A stretch of 63,485 nt of DNA, counting the filler, from Lenisia limosa (taxonomy: Eukaryota; Protista; Breviatea), in assembly GCA_001655205.1 (NCBI GenBank). It is 13 parts of 13 records of this genome, joined end to end, with 100 filler letters (N's around TTAATTAATTAA, not from the genome) between each part and the next. Parts side by side here need not be neighbours in the genome. Positions count along the whole stretch, not along the records: positions 51,475 to 57,509 come from LPNZ01003393.1; positions 57,610 to 62,071 come from LPNZ01005439.1; positions 62,172 to 63,485 come from LPNZ01003501.1; 10 more parts are not named here. One strand, written 5' to 3'. Every line of letters begins with the position of its first letter. The first letter of the stretch is position 1. The notes under the pieces are model-generated. The model was not told the origin of the DNA. It saw nothing but the letters and a program-made list of their open reading frames with translations, and did no database searches. Position numbers and translations under genes: made by a program. Below, piece after piece: positions 52,149 to 63,485 of the stretch.

Positions 52149-55100
52149 TTCCAGAACAGACAACCAAACAATTGTTGCGATATCCGAGGCTAACAAGGAG
52201 TCGGCAACTGCCCATGTAAGCGGGTACTGCAACGTACATATATTTTTAATGATAATTTATCATCATATCATCATACTCATTACAACTCTGTGCACACAGC
52301 TTTCTGTGTTCCTCAGCCGTTCATTAAAAAGAAATAATCTGACATCTAATCTAAAGTTACATTCCAAAAATTCACCCAACCTTTTGCCTCAACTCTGTGG
52401 ATTGCCAGACAGTTACTCTTCAGCCCCTTTACGCTTCTCTCGGTGACATGGTGTTTAAGGAGCGTCCACTACCACTTGAAACGCTCACTATCCCAATGTC
52501 AAAGTAAGCGTCATCGTCATAATTAGTATACTATTGCATTCCCTTTATTTCTCATCTCTGTATATGTAGTATATACTATGATATATTATATGATATATGA
52601 TATATGATAATGATATGATATAATATATGATATACTATATCATATTATGTGGGAGGCACGTAGAAAACTCTGTGCACAGAGTTGCAAGGCAAATGATTGG
52701 GTGAATTTGTTTTTTGCTGTATAATCCAATAACTATATAATATAGAGACGAGAAATGCACTAATGAAAAACATAGAGAGACATGAAAAACACATAATCAA
52801 TAAATTTCAGTTTAGAACAAAGCTCTCATCACCTTAGACTGGCCCTTTTTCCATACTCCTGGCTGGTTTCGACAAACCGAGCCAAATCTGCGCTCCAAGT
52901 TATCATGGGTAAGCAGTCGTTACTATTTTATTTTTTGTGTGTTTTTGAGAGCTGGAATAACATGCTCATATAGTAGTATAGATAATATATCATATGATAT
53001 GATATAAATTATTATATCACAGATCATATGTGTATAAACGATGACCCGTACTCATGGCAATCAGAGCGGTCGTTCCAACCGCCGTTCACCAAAGCCGACC
53101 TCGAGGACGCGCTTTCCACTGTTGCCCTCGTATGGGGTCTTTGATAGGGATTATGAGGGGGTTATTGCAATATCTAAGAATAGATTTACTAATGACGTAG
53201 TATACCATTCCGGTCTTTGATTTTATACTATCTTTACATTTGCTCAAAGTATCCAATTCAAGTATTTGTTTGTACATTATCTTTACATTATCTTTATGAT
53301 TATTCAAATTTTACATTTTCTTTACATTTGGTCATAGTATCCAATTCCGGTTGTCGCCGCCTGTGTTGCAAGTTGCCTTAATAACATGATCCGAACACTG
53401 CCCTCCTACGCCCACACCATTGCTACGAGGTTGGGGGGGGGGGCATAAAATGGGTAAAGGAAGGATAGAGTGCGGGTGAAGGAAAACTCTCCTCAAACCC
53501 CATCTAATGTTACATGTCAAAGCTGTTGTTAAATAGAAGAGAAGCAGAGAGGAAGAGAGAGAGAACCTATCCAACTGTTTGAATACTTGAATAGGAAAAG
53601 AGGGGATGCTAGGTCATTACCAAAGCCTTGACTCTTGACACGCGCCAACATTAAACAATAACGTATTACATGTCATTTATACTGATCTACATTTGTTCTT
53701 ACTATACCTTTATCTTTTTTATCTATATATTATACTATATACTATATCANNNNNNNNNNNNNNNNNNNNNTCATATGATATATATGTCCTTACCAACATA
53801 TTAACATCGCAGCCGAGCCTGTCCAATGCTCTTTTCCGCCGCCTTCCACATCGGGGTGCATAGCCCTTCGTCTTCTCTGGCAAGAATCTTTTTTGACCAG
53901 TCTGGTAGGCTAGAAGTAATGTATAACTCGTATTTCGGAAGAAACAAAAGGAAATTCAATTTTGACCTTCCTCACCCATAACAGGCAACTGTTTGCCAAA
54001 TGTCGCCCCTCCCTCACACGAGCCTGGGTGCTTCCCGTCAGCCCGTTTAGAGGCCCTGGTCAACATTGAGAGGGACTCGCTTCCGATCGAAGCTTCCGAC
54101 GTCCTCTTTTGGCCGCAGAAGGTGGGACAAAAAAATATCATATGGTATTATAATCCCCGCTGTATAGGATATACAATGGCTGTTAAAAATGACGGATATT
54201 GCTGATAAAAAGTTGAAAAATCCGAATTCCCTGCAATGGTGTGGACGGCTTCTGCTAGATACAGCCTTGTTTTATTTCTCATCTCCTCATCTCTTATAGT
54301 ATCAAAAAGATTATTCTATTTTGACATTCCCAGATTGAAGCGGATGGGATGGCGCGACAGTCACGCGCACGCCTTTATGCAACTCATGATATTTCGGAGC
54401 AATTCGCTGCGGTAGGTAGTTTCTTGTTGTTGTTGTTGTTGTTGAAATAGTGGTATTATTCTTGATACTGGATCTCTGTGCCTATCATTTCAATTGCCTA
54501 TGTGTTGATTTGATTTTATGTACTAGCTATTACTGCATTCTTCTTTTTCTTCTTTTTCTTCTTTTTCTTCTTCTTCTTTTGTTTTCTTCTTTTGTTTTCC
54601 CTTCTTGTTAAACCTTATTATGAAAGACAGGGTCAAATACGCTTTTGGATAGGTAGGCCAAGGCCAAATTTGAATGTGTATTCCCTACCATGGTGATTGG
54701 CTTTCCTACGGTCCCAAAAAAGACAGAAATTCTCGATAAATCCTCGATAAACATTGATATTTTACGTCCCATAATGGTGTTATATTTTCATGCCATTACA
54801 ACCTTTAGATAGCGCACACATCAAGTTTAGTAGCTAGTCTTTTGGATTCAGGACTCCCAGCTAGAATTGGTAGGGATGAACCTTCATTTTGACTCGAAAG
54901 TTGATCATAGCATTCGTGGCGCTGGGACAAAATATTGTTTTTTTAGAAAACAAGAAAATTACTGTAGGATACCATCCACATACACCCTTACGACTGTGGG
55001 ATACTTGGCCTGGGCTTTGTTTGTTGTATTGTTCTCAACCCTCGTGTGTTGTCAGCCAACAGAGATTATTTTGAGCCTTTTTTTGTTTCATAAATTTTCC

Positions 55101-56740
55101 AATTTTACTCCCCTTACGTCGTTACAGGTGACCTGAACGTCACGGTGGTTTCCGGCCTGATTTCAGCTCTAGAAGCATGGACCCACCAAAATGTAACTGA
55201 AGTGGTGGTGGANNNNNNNNNNNNNNNNNNNNNNNNNNNNNNNNNNNNNNNNNNNNNNNNNNNNNNNNNNNNNNNNNNNNNNNNNNNNNNNNNNNNNNNN
55301 NNNNNNCGTCTCTACCCTATAATTTACCATAAAAGGAAGTCGACGCAATTACCATATTAGGCAATCCTCGATGTTCCGTCCGAACTCTGCACCGCCAGTG
55401 CGGACCTCGGCCTTCTCCTCCTCTCCATCTGCCGCTGCCACCAGTCATCAAAAACATCGCCCAGTGTCGTGATTCGAGCCGTGGAGGCCGGGGCTCCTAC
55501 CGGGGCCCTTTCCACTTCAGTGGGAGGGGGAGATACATGGGTATTATTTTTTGGATGTCTGTCTGGAAAATATCGATAGTTTTTGAGGATTTATCGAGAA
55601 ATTCAGTCTTTTGTCGAACTAATGATTGCATAACTGACCCATTTAGCTGATTACTCGCAACAATTGGGAGACCGGAGATGCTGAAGATCCCCTTCTGGCT
55701 GGGGCAAGGTGGGAACTGATGGAGGGGTAATTCTGGTAAGTCTTGACCAATTTTCCTTGGGAAATTTTCAACTATTGGAGAGGGGGGAGGGGGGGTGCAA
55801 AAAAAGTGCAATTGGATTATTGAAAACCGTGAGAGAGGAAGCGTTNNNNNNNNNNNNNNNNNNNNNNNNNNNNNNNNNNNNNNNNNNNNNNNNNNNNNNN
55901 NNNNNNNNNNNNNNNNNNNTGGTTTCTTGAAAAGTGAGTGGGGGGTTAGATTTAACAACTGTGTTTTGTGTTGACCTTCAAAATGTGAAATCCGAAAATA
56001 TGCACGTTTTGAGAAAAGTGAATCTTCCAACCCATATTAGGGATTTGCTCTTGGCAATGCTGCAATCGTCGCATTGTGGAAGGGCCTTCTATACCAACGA
56101 CCTCAAAGTACTCGTTGAGGTGGGATGGTTGTTTGATATATCTATGTAAGTTGAGGTGGGATGGTTGTATGGTATATCTATGTATGCTTAGGAGGCACGC
56201 AGAAAGCTGTGTGTACAGAGTTGTAAGGCACGATCTTGAAATAACGATCTTTAGATCGCGGATCGTTGGATTGGGGACTTGCCTCCAGGGCATACGGCAC
56301 GGGCGGATTGGACCAAAATCCTGACTATCTACCTAGATATGCCGCAGAAAACTGAGGTTTGGTGGGCCGAAGGGATGTGGACCTGATTTTGAAGATTCTG
56401 TGCAATTAACTGAAATATTAATTTCAAAATTTGAAGCACATTTTGTAATTGGAACTCTCCATTTCACACTTTCATTTCAAATTTTGTCTTTCTTCAAATA
56501 ATTAATTGCGCGGAGTCATAATGATAAAAAAGATAATCCAATATCTCATGAATGTGATGGTGTGAATGGCTTCGGCCAAAAAACACCCAGCTTTTATTTT
56601 ACATCTCTCCTTCTCCTCAGTGATTACAGGTTGGCGTGAATCGCGCCATTTCTGCTCTAAGTCGCGTGGTCATGGACGCGGTGGACCCCCAGGAAGTTAT
56701 TCTTATGGCCAACAATGCGCTCGAGTCTTTGCATGGCTGA
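52149..56740 (+). CDS. NCKIPSD: SPIN90/WISH/Ldb17/Dip1-family protein (DUF2013 / leucine-rich domain; putative Arp2/3 activator); 5' end unresolved
   Basis: Many short exons. The diagnostic stretch is DLLLAMLQSSHCGRAFYTNDLKVLVE|IADRWIGDLPPGHTARADWTKILTIYLD, matching the family motif FYTNDLxVLxD...R. The last exon ends NNALESLHG-TGA. Confidence 0.72.
52651..52707 (+). repeat. Repeat E, dispersed intronic repeat (GGAGGCACGCAGAAAGCTGTGTGCACAGAGTTGTAAGGCAAATGATTGGGTGAATT)
   Basis: Copies at 52280-52314 (-), 56191-56230 and 61093-61148. Confidence 0.85.
54236..54286 (+). repeat. Repeat C, dispersed intronic repeat (ATGGTGTGGACGGCTTCGGCCAGATACAACCTTGTTTTT..TTTCTCAT)
   Basis: Copies at 11261-11298, 13451-13505, ~13810-13840 (-), ~56555-56600 and ~57172-57212 (-). 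Confidence 0.8.
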
Positions 56741-56900
56741 GATGGTTATGCTGTTTTATGGTTGTAGGTTCTGTGTTGATCTTAAAGGGGAAACATTTCA
56801 ATGGAACAAAGGGCTTATGAAACATTATTTATCAAAAACTCATCACTTCGCCAAGAAAGGTCTTGTAAAAATGAAATCAGCTAAATGTACAAAACAACAA

Positions 56901-57509
56901 CTAGTCCAACTTGGGGATCATGTCCTTAGGGATGTCTCCCTTCACTCCATCAACCTTGACCCTCCGAGCTTCTTCGATTTCCTTCAGCACCTTCAGTAGC
57001 TGCCAACAGTTAAAAACGATACATACGAAAAAGGTCCAGCTAGCTATCGATTATCACAACACTCTCTTTTCTTAAATTCATTCTTTGTTGGGACTTTTGG
57101 GGCCCTAGTAGTAATAGTATTACCTATTTGTTCCAAATGAAGACTAAGGATAAAACTCAAATTTAATATTGAGATGAGAAAAAAAAACAAGGGTGTATCT
57201 GGCCGAAGCAAACCATGAACCCTGTTTTTTTTTAACCCAAAATGCCAACCCTGATCCTCTTGTTCCTCTTGGTTTCATATTAAAAAAACTCGACTTCGGT
57301 ATGCAAAAGAGCTGAATTTCTCGATAAATCCTCGAAAACTATCGATTTTTATCGATCTTTTCGCGCCGGAGTGAAGTCCCAATATACAATAACACAATCC
57401 CACTCTTGATATTCTCTTGTTCTTCTTGGAGTCATTTCGAATGACCACAGCAAGGTCCTGAAGAGACGCCCGCGGAATCTTGGTTTCGTTTCCTCTTGTC
57501 CGCCTCCGA
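56901..57509 (-). CDS. 3' fragment of an unidentified gene
   Basis: Exons ETKIPRASLQDLAVVIRNDSKKNKRISR| and LLKVLKEIEEARRVKVDGVKGDIPKDMIPKLD-TAG. Confidence 0.5.
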
Positions 57510-57769
57510 NNNNNNNNNNNNNNNNNNNNNNNNNNNNNNNNNNNNNNNNNNNNTTAATTAATTAANNNNNNNNNNNNNNNNNNNNNNNNNNNNNNNNNNN
57601 NNNNNNNNNGCTGTGTGTAGTTGGCGATGGAATGAAAACGGTATCTGAGGCATCTCTACGAGCCCAAAAAAGAAACTAATTGATAGCTCAATCCAATTAA
57701 ATATCGATACCCTGACTCTCTTTTTCGACCGCATGGAAACTCTCATGATATTTTCTAAACTTGTGTTCA

Positions 57770-60700
57770 CCGCCGCAGAGCCAGCCTCCCCCAGTGAAGC
57801 CCGAAGTGACACTCTATCTAATTCCACAACACCCCCGAGTCTTGAGAAAGAATCTGCCCCGCTTCCTGCTACACCCCCTATTAAGGAACCCCGGACCAAA
57901 CCGGGAACCCCACAAGCGGATGAATATATTTCAGAATCTTTTGCGGGTGATGATGAAGTTGAGAATGTCCAAAATGTGAAGACTTGTGAGGAGGGGGTAA
58001 TGATAAGCTGGCAATAAATTGGTGGGAATTGTCGAGTATTAACTTCTTTTTTTCTTTTCTTTTTTCTTATCCCTAAACCTTCCTTGATTCATCCCCCTAG
58101 CAGCTCGGTTGGCTGTGGAGGATGTGAGAGACGACATTGTTTCCCTAGTTAGAGACTGGAGAGTATCGTGTATCATGGTAGGACCCGAGGGATAGTGGCT
58201 CAACTGTAATATAACTAGGGCTTCCCTGCGGTCCGAAAAAGACCATTAAAATATCTACATTATCGGGGATTTTTCGAGATATTCCGTCTTTTTTGGGACC
58301 GAAGCCTTAAATATAACACAAATAAATCTACAATACTGTTTTGAAGAGGGGGGGTTCACACGTTTTCCATCCCCCCCCCCCCCTTTNNNNNNNNNNNNNN
58401 NNNNNNNNNNNNNNNNNNNNNNNNNNNNNNNNNNNNNNNNNNNNNNNNNNNNNNNNNNNNNNNNNNNNNNNNNNNNNNNNNNNNNNNNNNNNNNNNNNNN
58501 NNNNNNNNNNNNNNNNNNNNNNNNNNNNNNNNNNNNNNNNNNNNNNNNNNNNNNNNNNNNNNNNNNNNNNNNNNNNNNNNNNNNNNNNNNNNNNNNNNNN
58601 NNNNNNNNNNNNNNNNNNNNNNNNNNNNNTCCCTTCAGCTCACATTCAAAAACCCCCTTGGAGAACCCTTTATTATGATATTTACCCTTCTCACAGTTCA
58701 GTTCATTCTTGACGACTGTCTCTCCCGCAATCAAGACGTTCGAATTGCCGTTACACAACCTCGACGCATGGCAGCTATACACCTGGCTCAGAGGGTGGCT
58801 GCTTTGGTGCGGGGGGGGGGGGCTNNNNNNNNNNNNNNNNNNNNNNNNNNNNNNNNNNNNNNNNNNNNNNNNNNNNNNNNNNNNNNNAGTGATATGGGTC
58901 TTGTTTATTTTCCCTAATATTTTGTAACGCTAGAGAGTTCTCCATTTATTCCTAGATATAACCCCAGTAGAGAGGCGTAGCAGTGGGAGCCGAAGTCGGC
59001 TATGGAATTGGACAGGTATGGTTGGTACCTTTTTGTTTTGTTTTTGTGCCTGCTGTTGTCTCTGATTTTTTGTTTTTTACACTAATTGAAATGGGATTGT
59101 TTTCAATATTTGATTTGTTGTTAATATTAATATGATTATGTTGGAAGAATATTCCATTTTCCTTAAGTAGTTACATAACCCATCTTTCACATAAATAGCA
59201 CACGTTCACACCACTCGTTACAATCGACGTTTATCTCTTTTAGGACCGAAAATGGGGGACAGACACCAAGCTCATTTTCATGACAACTGGGTGGGTGGGT
59301 GGTTTTCTTTCCTGTGGTTTTTCTATGTGTCTTAGTTCCATACCATACTTTTATTAATATAATCTTGTGCATAGTATAGTATATCATATCATATACTAAT
59401 TACATACATACACACATATATATCATGCATACTATCTCTTATCCTACGGACACTTCTTTTTTATTGCTCATTTCAATAATCTTTATCCCTGTATCACATA
59501 TCCCTCTCTCAACCAAGTTAACCTCCCAGATATNNNNNNNNNNNNNNNNNNNNNNNNNNNNNNNNNNNNNNNNNNNNNNNNNNNNNNNNNNNNNNNNNNN
59601 NNNNNNNNNNNNNNNNNNNNNNNNNNNNNNNNNNNNNNNNNNNNNNNNNNNNNNNNGCCCTTTGCAGGCTTCACCCACTTCATTCTGGGTGGGGGGTTAA
59701 TTGGATAAAAATTATCATCTACGTCAATACTAGTTGCTGTGTTACTATATAATAGACAGTGGCTAATGCATTTGGGGGGATTGGGTTTGGGCAGGGAGGG
59801 GATAGTCATGTTGATGGGAGTTAATTTACCCTAATGTGCTATTATTTCTTCAATTAATTATTTGAAAAATACAGCTGTGTTTGAAACTGTTTTTGACACC
59901 ATTGCGCTCAAAACTGTATTTTACCACTTCAGACGAGGTACACGAAAGATCCCTTCCAGCTGACCTGTTGAGTTTACTGCTCAAACGCAGGGCTTGTCGT
60001 TTGATTGAGGGGAAGGCTCTTGATGAACAGGAGCTTGTCCGGAAGGAAGAGTTGGGGGGGGGGGCTATCTATCCATATCCTNNNNNNNNNNNNNNNNNNN
60101 NNNNNNNNNNNNNNNNNNNNNNNNNNNNNNNNNNNNNNNNNNNNNNNNNNNNNNNNNNNNNNNNNNNNNNNNNNNNNNNNNNNNCACTTCGGTTCGTAAA
60201 AGACAAATAAAATATCGATATTTATCGAAGTTATCGAGAAATTAGAACTTTTTTGAACCGAAGTGAAGCTCTATCTCTACTCCTTGGCTTACATCCCCCA
60301 TAACCCCCCTTCTTAGTCTCCTCCCACGGGACTCTCTTCATCTCGTTCTGATGTCGGCAACGCTGGACGATTCGTCCTTCACCGCCTACTTCCACGACTC
60401 TAACGCCTACTTCGGCTCAGATCCTGAGACAAAGGCGAGGGAAACTGGTGGGGGGAGATTAGCGAATGAAGGGAGTTGTCTGTTTAGAACACTATTACTC
60501 TATTACCTCCTGAATCCGGGGTCAGGGGCTTGATTGGGAACATCATCATTATTAAACATCTGTTTTGAACACCATTATTATTAACCTTTTTTTTTTGAAC
60601 ATCATCATTATTATCTCCTTTAGAGCGAGTGGAGCACATCTCAGTCGGCCACCACCCCTACCCTGTCACCAACTACTTCCTCGAAGACGCGCTAAAAATC

Positions 60701-62071
60701 ATCCCAAAGGTCTGGTAATGCTTTGCCGATCACCCCCCCCCCTATTTGATACTTTATGTTATCTTAAAATTTTTTCACTCTCTTTTGTTGTTTATTATTT
60801 CAACAACAGTATTTTACTCCCCCAGTTCCCCCCAAACCTGTCGCGGTCGCTCATGAAACGGATGCCCGAGGAGCCTGTTGGCGCCATACGCGATCGCCAG
60901 GTATATCACCACAACTGAATTAACGGTTCTTGATCTTTGTTTCATTAGAGAAGACCCGGCGTGTACCGGGAAGGGGGTTGCTATGTCCCAGTGGTTGGGT
61001 TTAACTTCGGTTCGAAAAGATACTGAATTTCTCGCCAAAACGTCGAGATAATTCGATATTTTACCGAGTTGGGGGTTGGATAGCTATGCTGGGGAGGCAT
61101 GCAGAAAGCTATGTGCACAGAATTGTAAGGCAAATGATTGGGTGAATTAATATTATACTATTCTCATTGCTATGTCTGAATGTGTATTGAAGTGTACCAT
61201 ATTCAACTACTACGATGTAATGCTTGATCTGTTATAATTGATGTGTCATATATTATTAGAAATATATAAGGTATATCATATGTGTTATGTATCATAGAGA
61301 AAAGAAAAATATATATTTATTGCAGTACAGATTTCATCTCTTCACCTTGCCATTTTGTTTCGAAATTTTCCATGTGGATATTCTTCATCGAAATTTCCTT
61401 CGTTTTACCCCCCCCCCCAGCTGTTNNNNNNNNNNNNNNNNNNNNNNNNNNNNNNNNNNNNNNNNNNNNNNNNNNNNNNNNNNNNNNNNNNNNNNNNNNN
61501 NNNNNNNNNNNNNNNNNNNNNNNNNNNNNNNNNNNNGGTGTTTCTGCCCGGAATGGCCGAACTCTCTCAGGCTCAGGAGGTAAGCTTCTTGGGTAGATCA
61601 GGAGAAACTCTAAGTGCTGGCCTCTGCTTTCATCATTTATTCAATCATAAAATAACAACGCGTAACATGACATGGATTTTTTTTTTGACATCTCCTAGGG
61701 ATTATTTTGGTCATCATAATCCTGAGCTACATCCCTTTTGATAATTAGAAATACGTTCATCCTTTTCTTGATAGGCAAACTTCTGTGTTATAATCCCATG
61801 TTCTTTTTGAACTGAAATGAACTGAACTGAACTGAACTGTTTAGTATGTGCGTGGCAACCCCATCAAGGACCTCTTACCAGGCATCGAAGTCATTGTCCA
61901 CTGTCTGCACTCCACTGTTTCAAAGGAAGTTCAGGAACTGTGGGTGGAATTTGCGATCTAGGTCGAAATCAGCTGTTTGTATTGCTACAGAGTTGATTTG
62001 AAGTTTTTTTTCTCGTTTCATTAATAATACACCCCTTGTAAACCCCCCCCCCCAGGATCTTCAAGCCACCC
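57770..62071 (+). CDS. DEAH/RHA-family RNA helicase (possibly TDRD9/Spindle-E-like); truncated at both ends
   Basis: VEDVRDDIVSLVRDWRVSCIM; QFILDDC...IAVTQPRRMAAIHLAQRVA (Ia); EVGYGIGQ; DEVHERSLPADLL (II); LVLMSATLD (III); YPVTNYFLEDAL; VFLPGMAEL (IV); HCLHSTV; IFKPP. Confidence 0.88.
58216..58309. mobile_element. MITE family A2 with a perfect 8-bp TSD
   Basis: AATATAAC at 58208-58215 and 58310-58317. Confidence 0.9.
60185..60273. mobile_element. MITE family A (left end lost in an N gap)
   Basis: CACTTCGGTTCG...GAACCGAAGTGAAGCTCTA. Confidence 0.85.
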
Positions 62072-62171
62072 NNNNNNNNNNNNNNNNNNNNNNNNNNNNN
62101 NNNNNNNNNNNNNNNTTAATTAATTAANNNNNNNNNNNNNNNNNNNNNNNNNNNNNNNNNNNNNNNNNNNN

Positions 62172-63010
62172 TCAAGGGGGCCCCGTGGGGGATCACCGCC
62201 CCCCTGTCGCTCTGGGGTGGACAGATTCTGCATGTTCTTGGCTTCGACGTGCAGTCCTGGGTGAGGGGGGGGGTGCTCTTGATTATGTTGAAATACCCTC
62301 GAAAAATCCGTAATCATCTCGAATTACCCTCCAACAATCCTTAATTACATTCAATAATCCCTGGTAAATCTTCGGTAACCTTCGATAACGCCTCAATAAA
62401 TCCTGGCTAATCTCTCAGATATCCTCGATGAATACACGTATATTATCAAACTAGAGCCCTGTAACCCCCCAGGCCTACTTCCAAACACCCGGCAACGCCC
62501 ACGCTTTGGTCCACTCTCCGCTGGAGGACCTCATGTCACTCCAGAACATCGGTTTGTCTATTGGCCTTTTTCAGACAAAGCAAGAATAATAACTCTTTTG
62601 ACTAAAGAATAAACTGCCTGAGATTATTCCTCTTGAGTTTGTCAAAAATTTAGCTATGTTTAATTTTTTGTTTCATAAGTTTTCAATTGTTCCACTTCCC
62701 TCTCCCATTCCCATATTTTGCTTCATGTTTTACATACGCTGGAGTGATGGGATGCGGTGCTACAGAAGCGACTGGCCGGCTTTTTTTGTTTTGTTGTTAT
62801 CAACCCAAGTGTGTTGTCAGCCAACAGTTTATTCGGGCTTTTTTGTTTCANNNNNNNNNNNNNNNNNNNNNNNNNNNNNNNNNNNNNNNNNNNNNNNNNN
62901 NNNNNNNNNNNNNNNNNNNNNNNNNNNNNNNNNNNNNNNNNNNNNNNNNNNNNATGGGCCAATGACGGGAAGTGTAGTACCAAGTGAGTGGGGGGCACAC
63001 ACACTCGCTC

Positions 63011-63065
<55 letters not shown>

Positions 63066-63450
63066 CATACACTCACTCACATACAAACGCAAATGAGGTG
63101 GGCGGTAATGACAGTACCAAGCGGGCCGGGCGGTAATGACAGTAAGTATGGGGGTAATGACAGTGTTAAGTCAGGGTGCCAAACCGGAAGAAGTCTTGGC
63201 AGAAACCGAGCGTAGTGGAGTGATGGACCCTGCTTGAGGAAGGAGGGAGGGTAATGATAGTGTTAAGGGGGGCTTTTCACATTTATGTTGGATCTCAAAC
63301 CCGTTCTTTTCTGCCTTCACCATTCTTCGATTATTGCATAAATTCCCTTTTTCAAATCCCCCTAACCCCCCAGGAACTATATATTCTCCTGCATTGGAGG
63401 CGTTATGCTTGGCTACGGCGCAAGAATGGCTTCGGGATGCAACGGTGGGG
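62172..63450 (+). CDS. Internal exons of an unidentified gene
   Basis: AG/GT-bounded segments, e.g. AYFQTPGNAHALVHSPLEDLMSLQNI (~62473-62551) and TIYSPALEALCLATAQEWLRDAT (~63374-63443). Confidence 0.35.
62996..63085. repeat. Compound (CA)n-(GA)n microsatellite
   Basis: Directly visible dinucleotide runs. Confidence 0.95.
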
Positions 63451-63485
63451 GTGGGGTATATAATTATCATATTGAGTCTATCACA

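Overview
Intron-rich eukaryotic (protist-like) genomic DNA, apparently in the standard genetic code. It is not one locus. Twelve artificial 100-bp spacers (44 N + TTAATTAATTAA + 44 N) join about 13 short contigs, so most genes are truncated and adjacency across a spacer means nothing. Exon structures were assembled by eye from GT-AG sites. Recognisable genes: ZRANB3-like SNF2 helicase-HNH nuclease, three ankyrin-repeat genes, a formin-type GBD/FH3 protein, a TEY-type MAP kinase, PNKP, proteasome ATPase Rpt5, a PRP40-like WW protein, a SPIN90/Ldb17-family protein, a DEAH/RHA helicase, and several coiled-coil or low-complexity hypothetical proteins. The non-coding DNA is dense with small repeats. 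These include about 20 copies of a ~100-bp hAT-like MITE (8-bp TSDs), a second MITE sharing its termini, a TA-flanked Tc1/mariner-like hairpin MITE, and three non-TIR intronic repeats. There is also a degenerate LINE derivative that keeps the AP-endonuclease and CCHC knuckle but lacks RT. The most interesting signals are: (i) a repeat that always lies in the sense orientation at intron 3' ends, where it may supply the branch point and acceptor; (ii) a convergent pair of paralogous ankyrin genes built from one-repeat 99-nt phase-0 exons with variable binding-surface residues; (iii) G-runs after donors and C-runs before acceptors.
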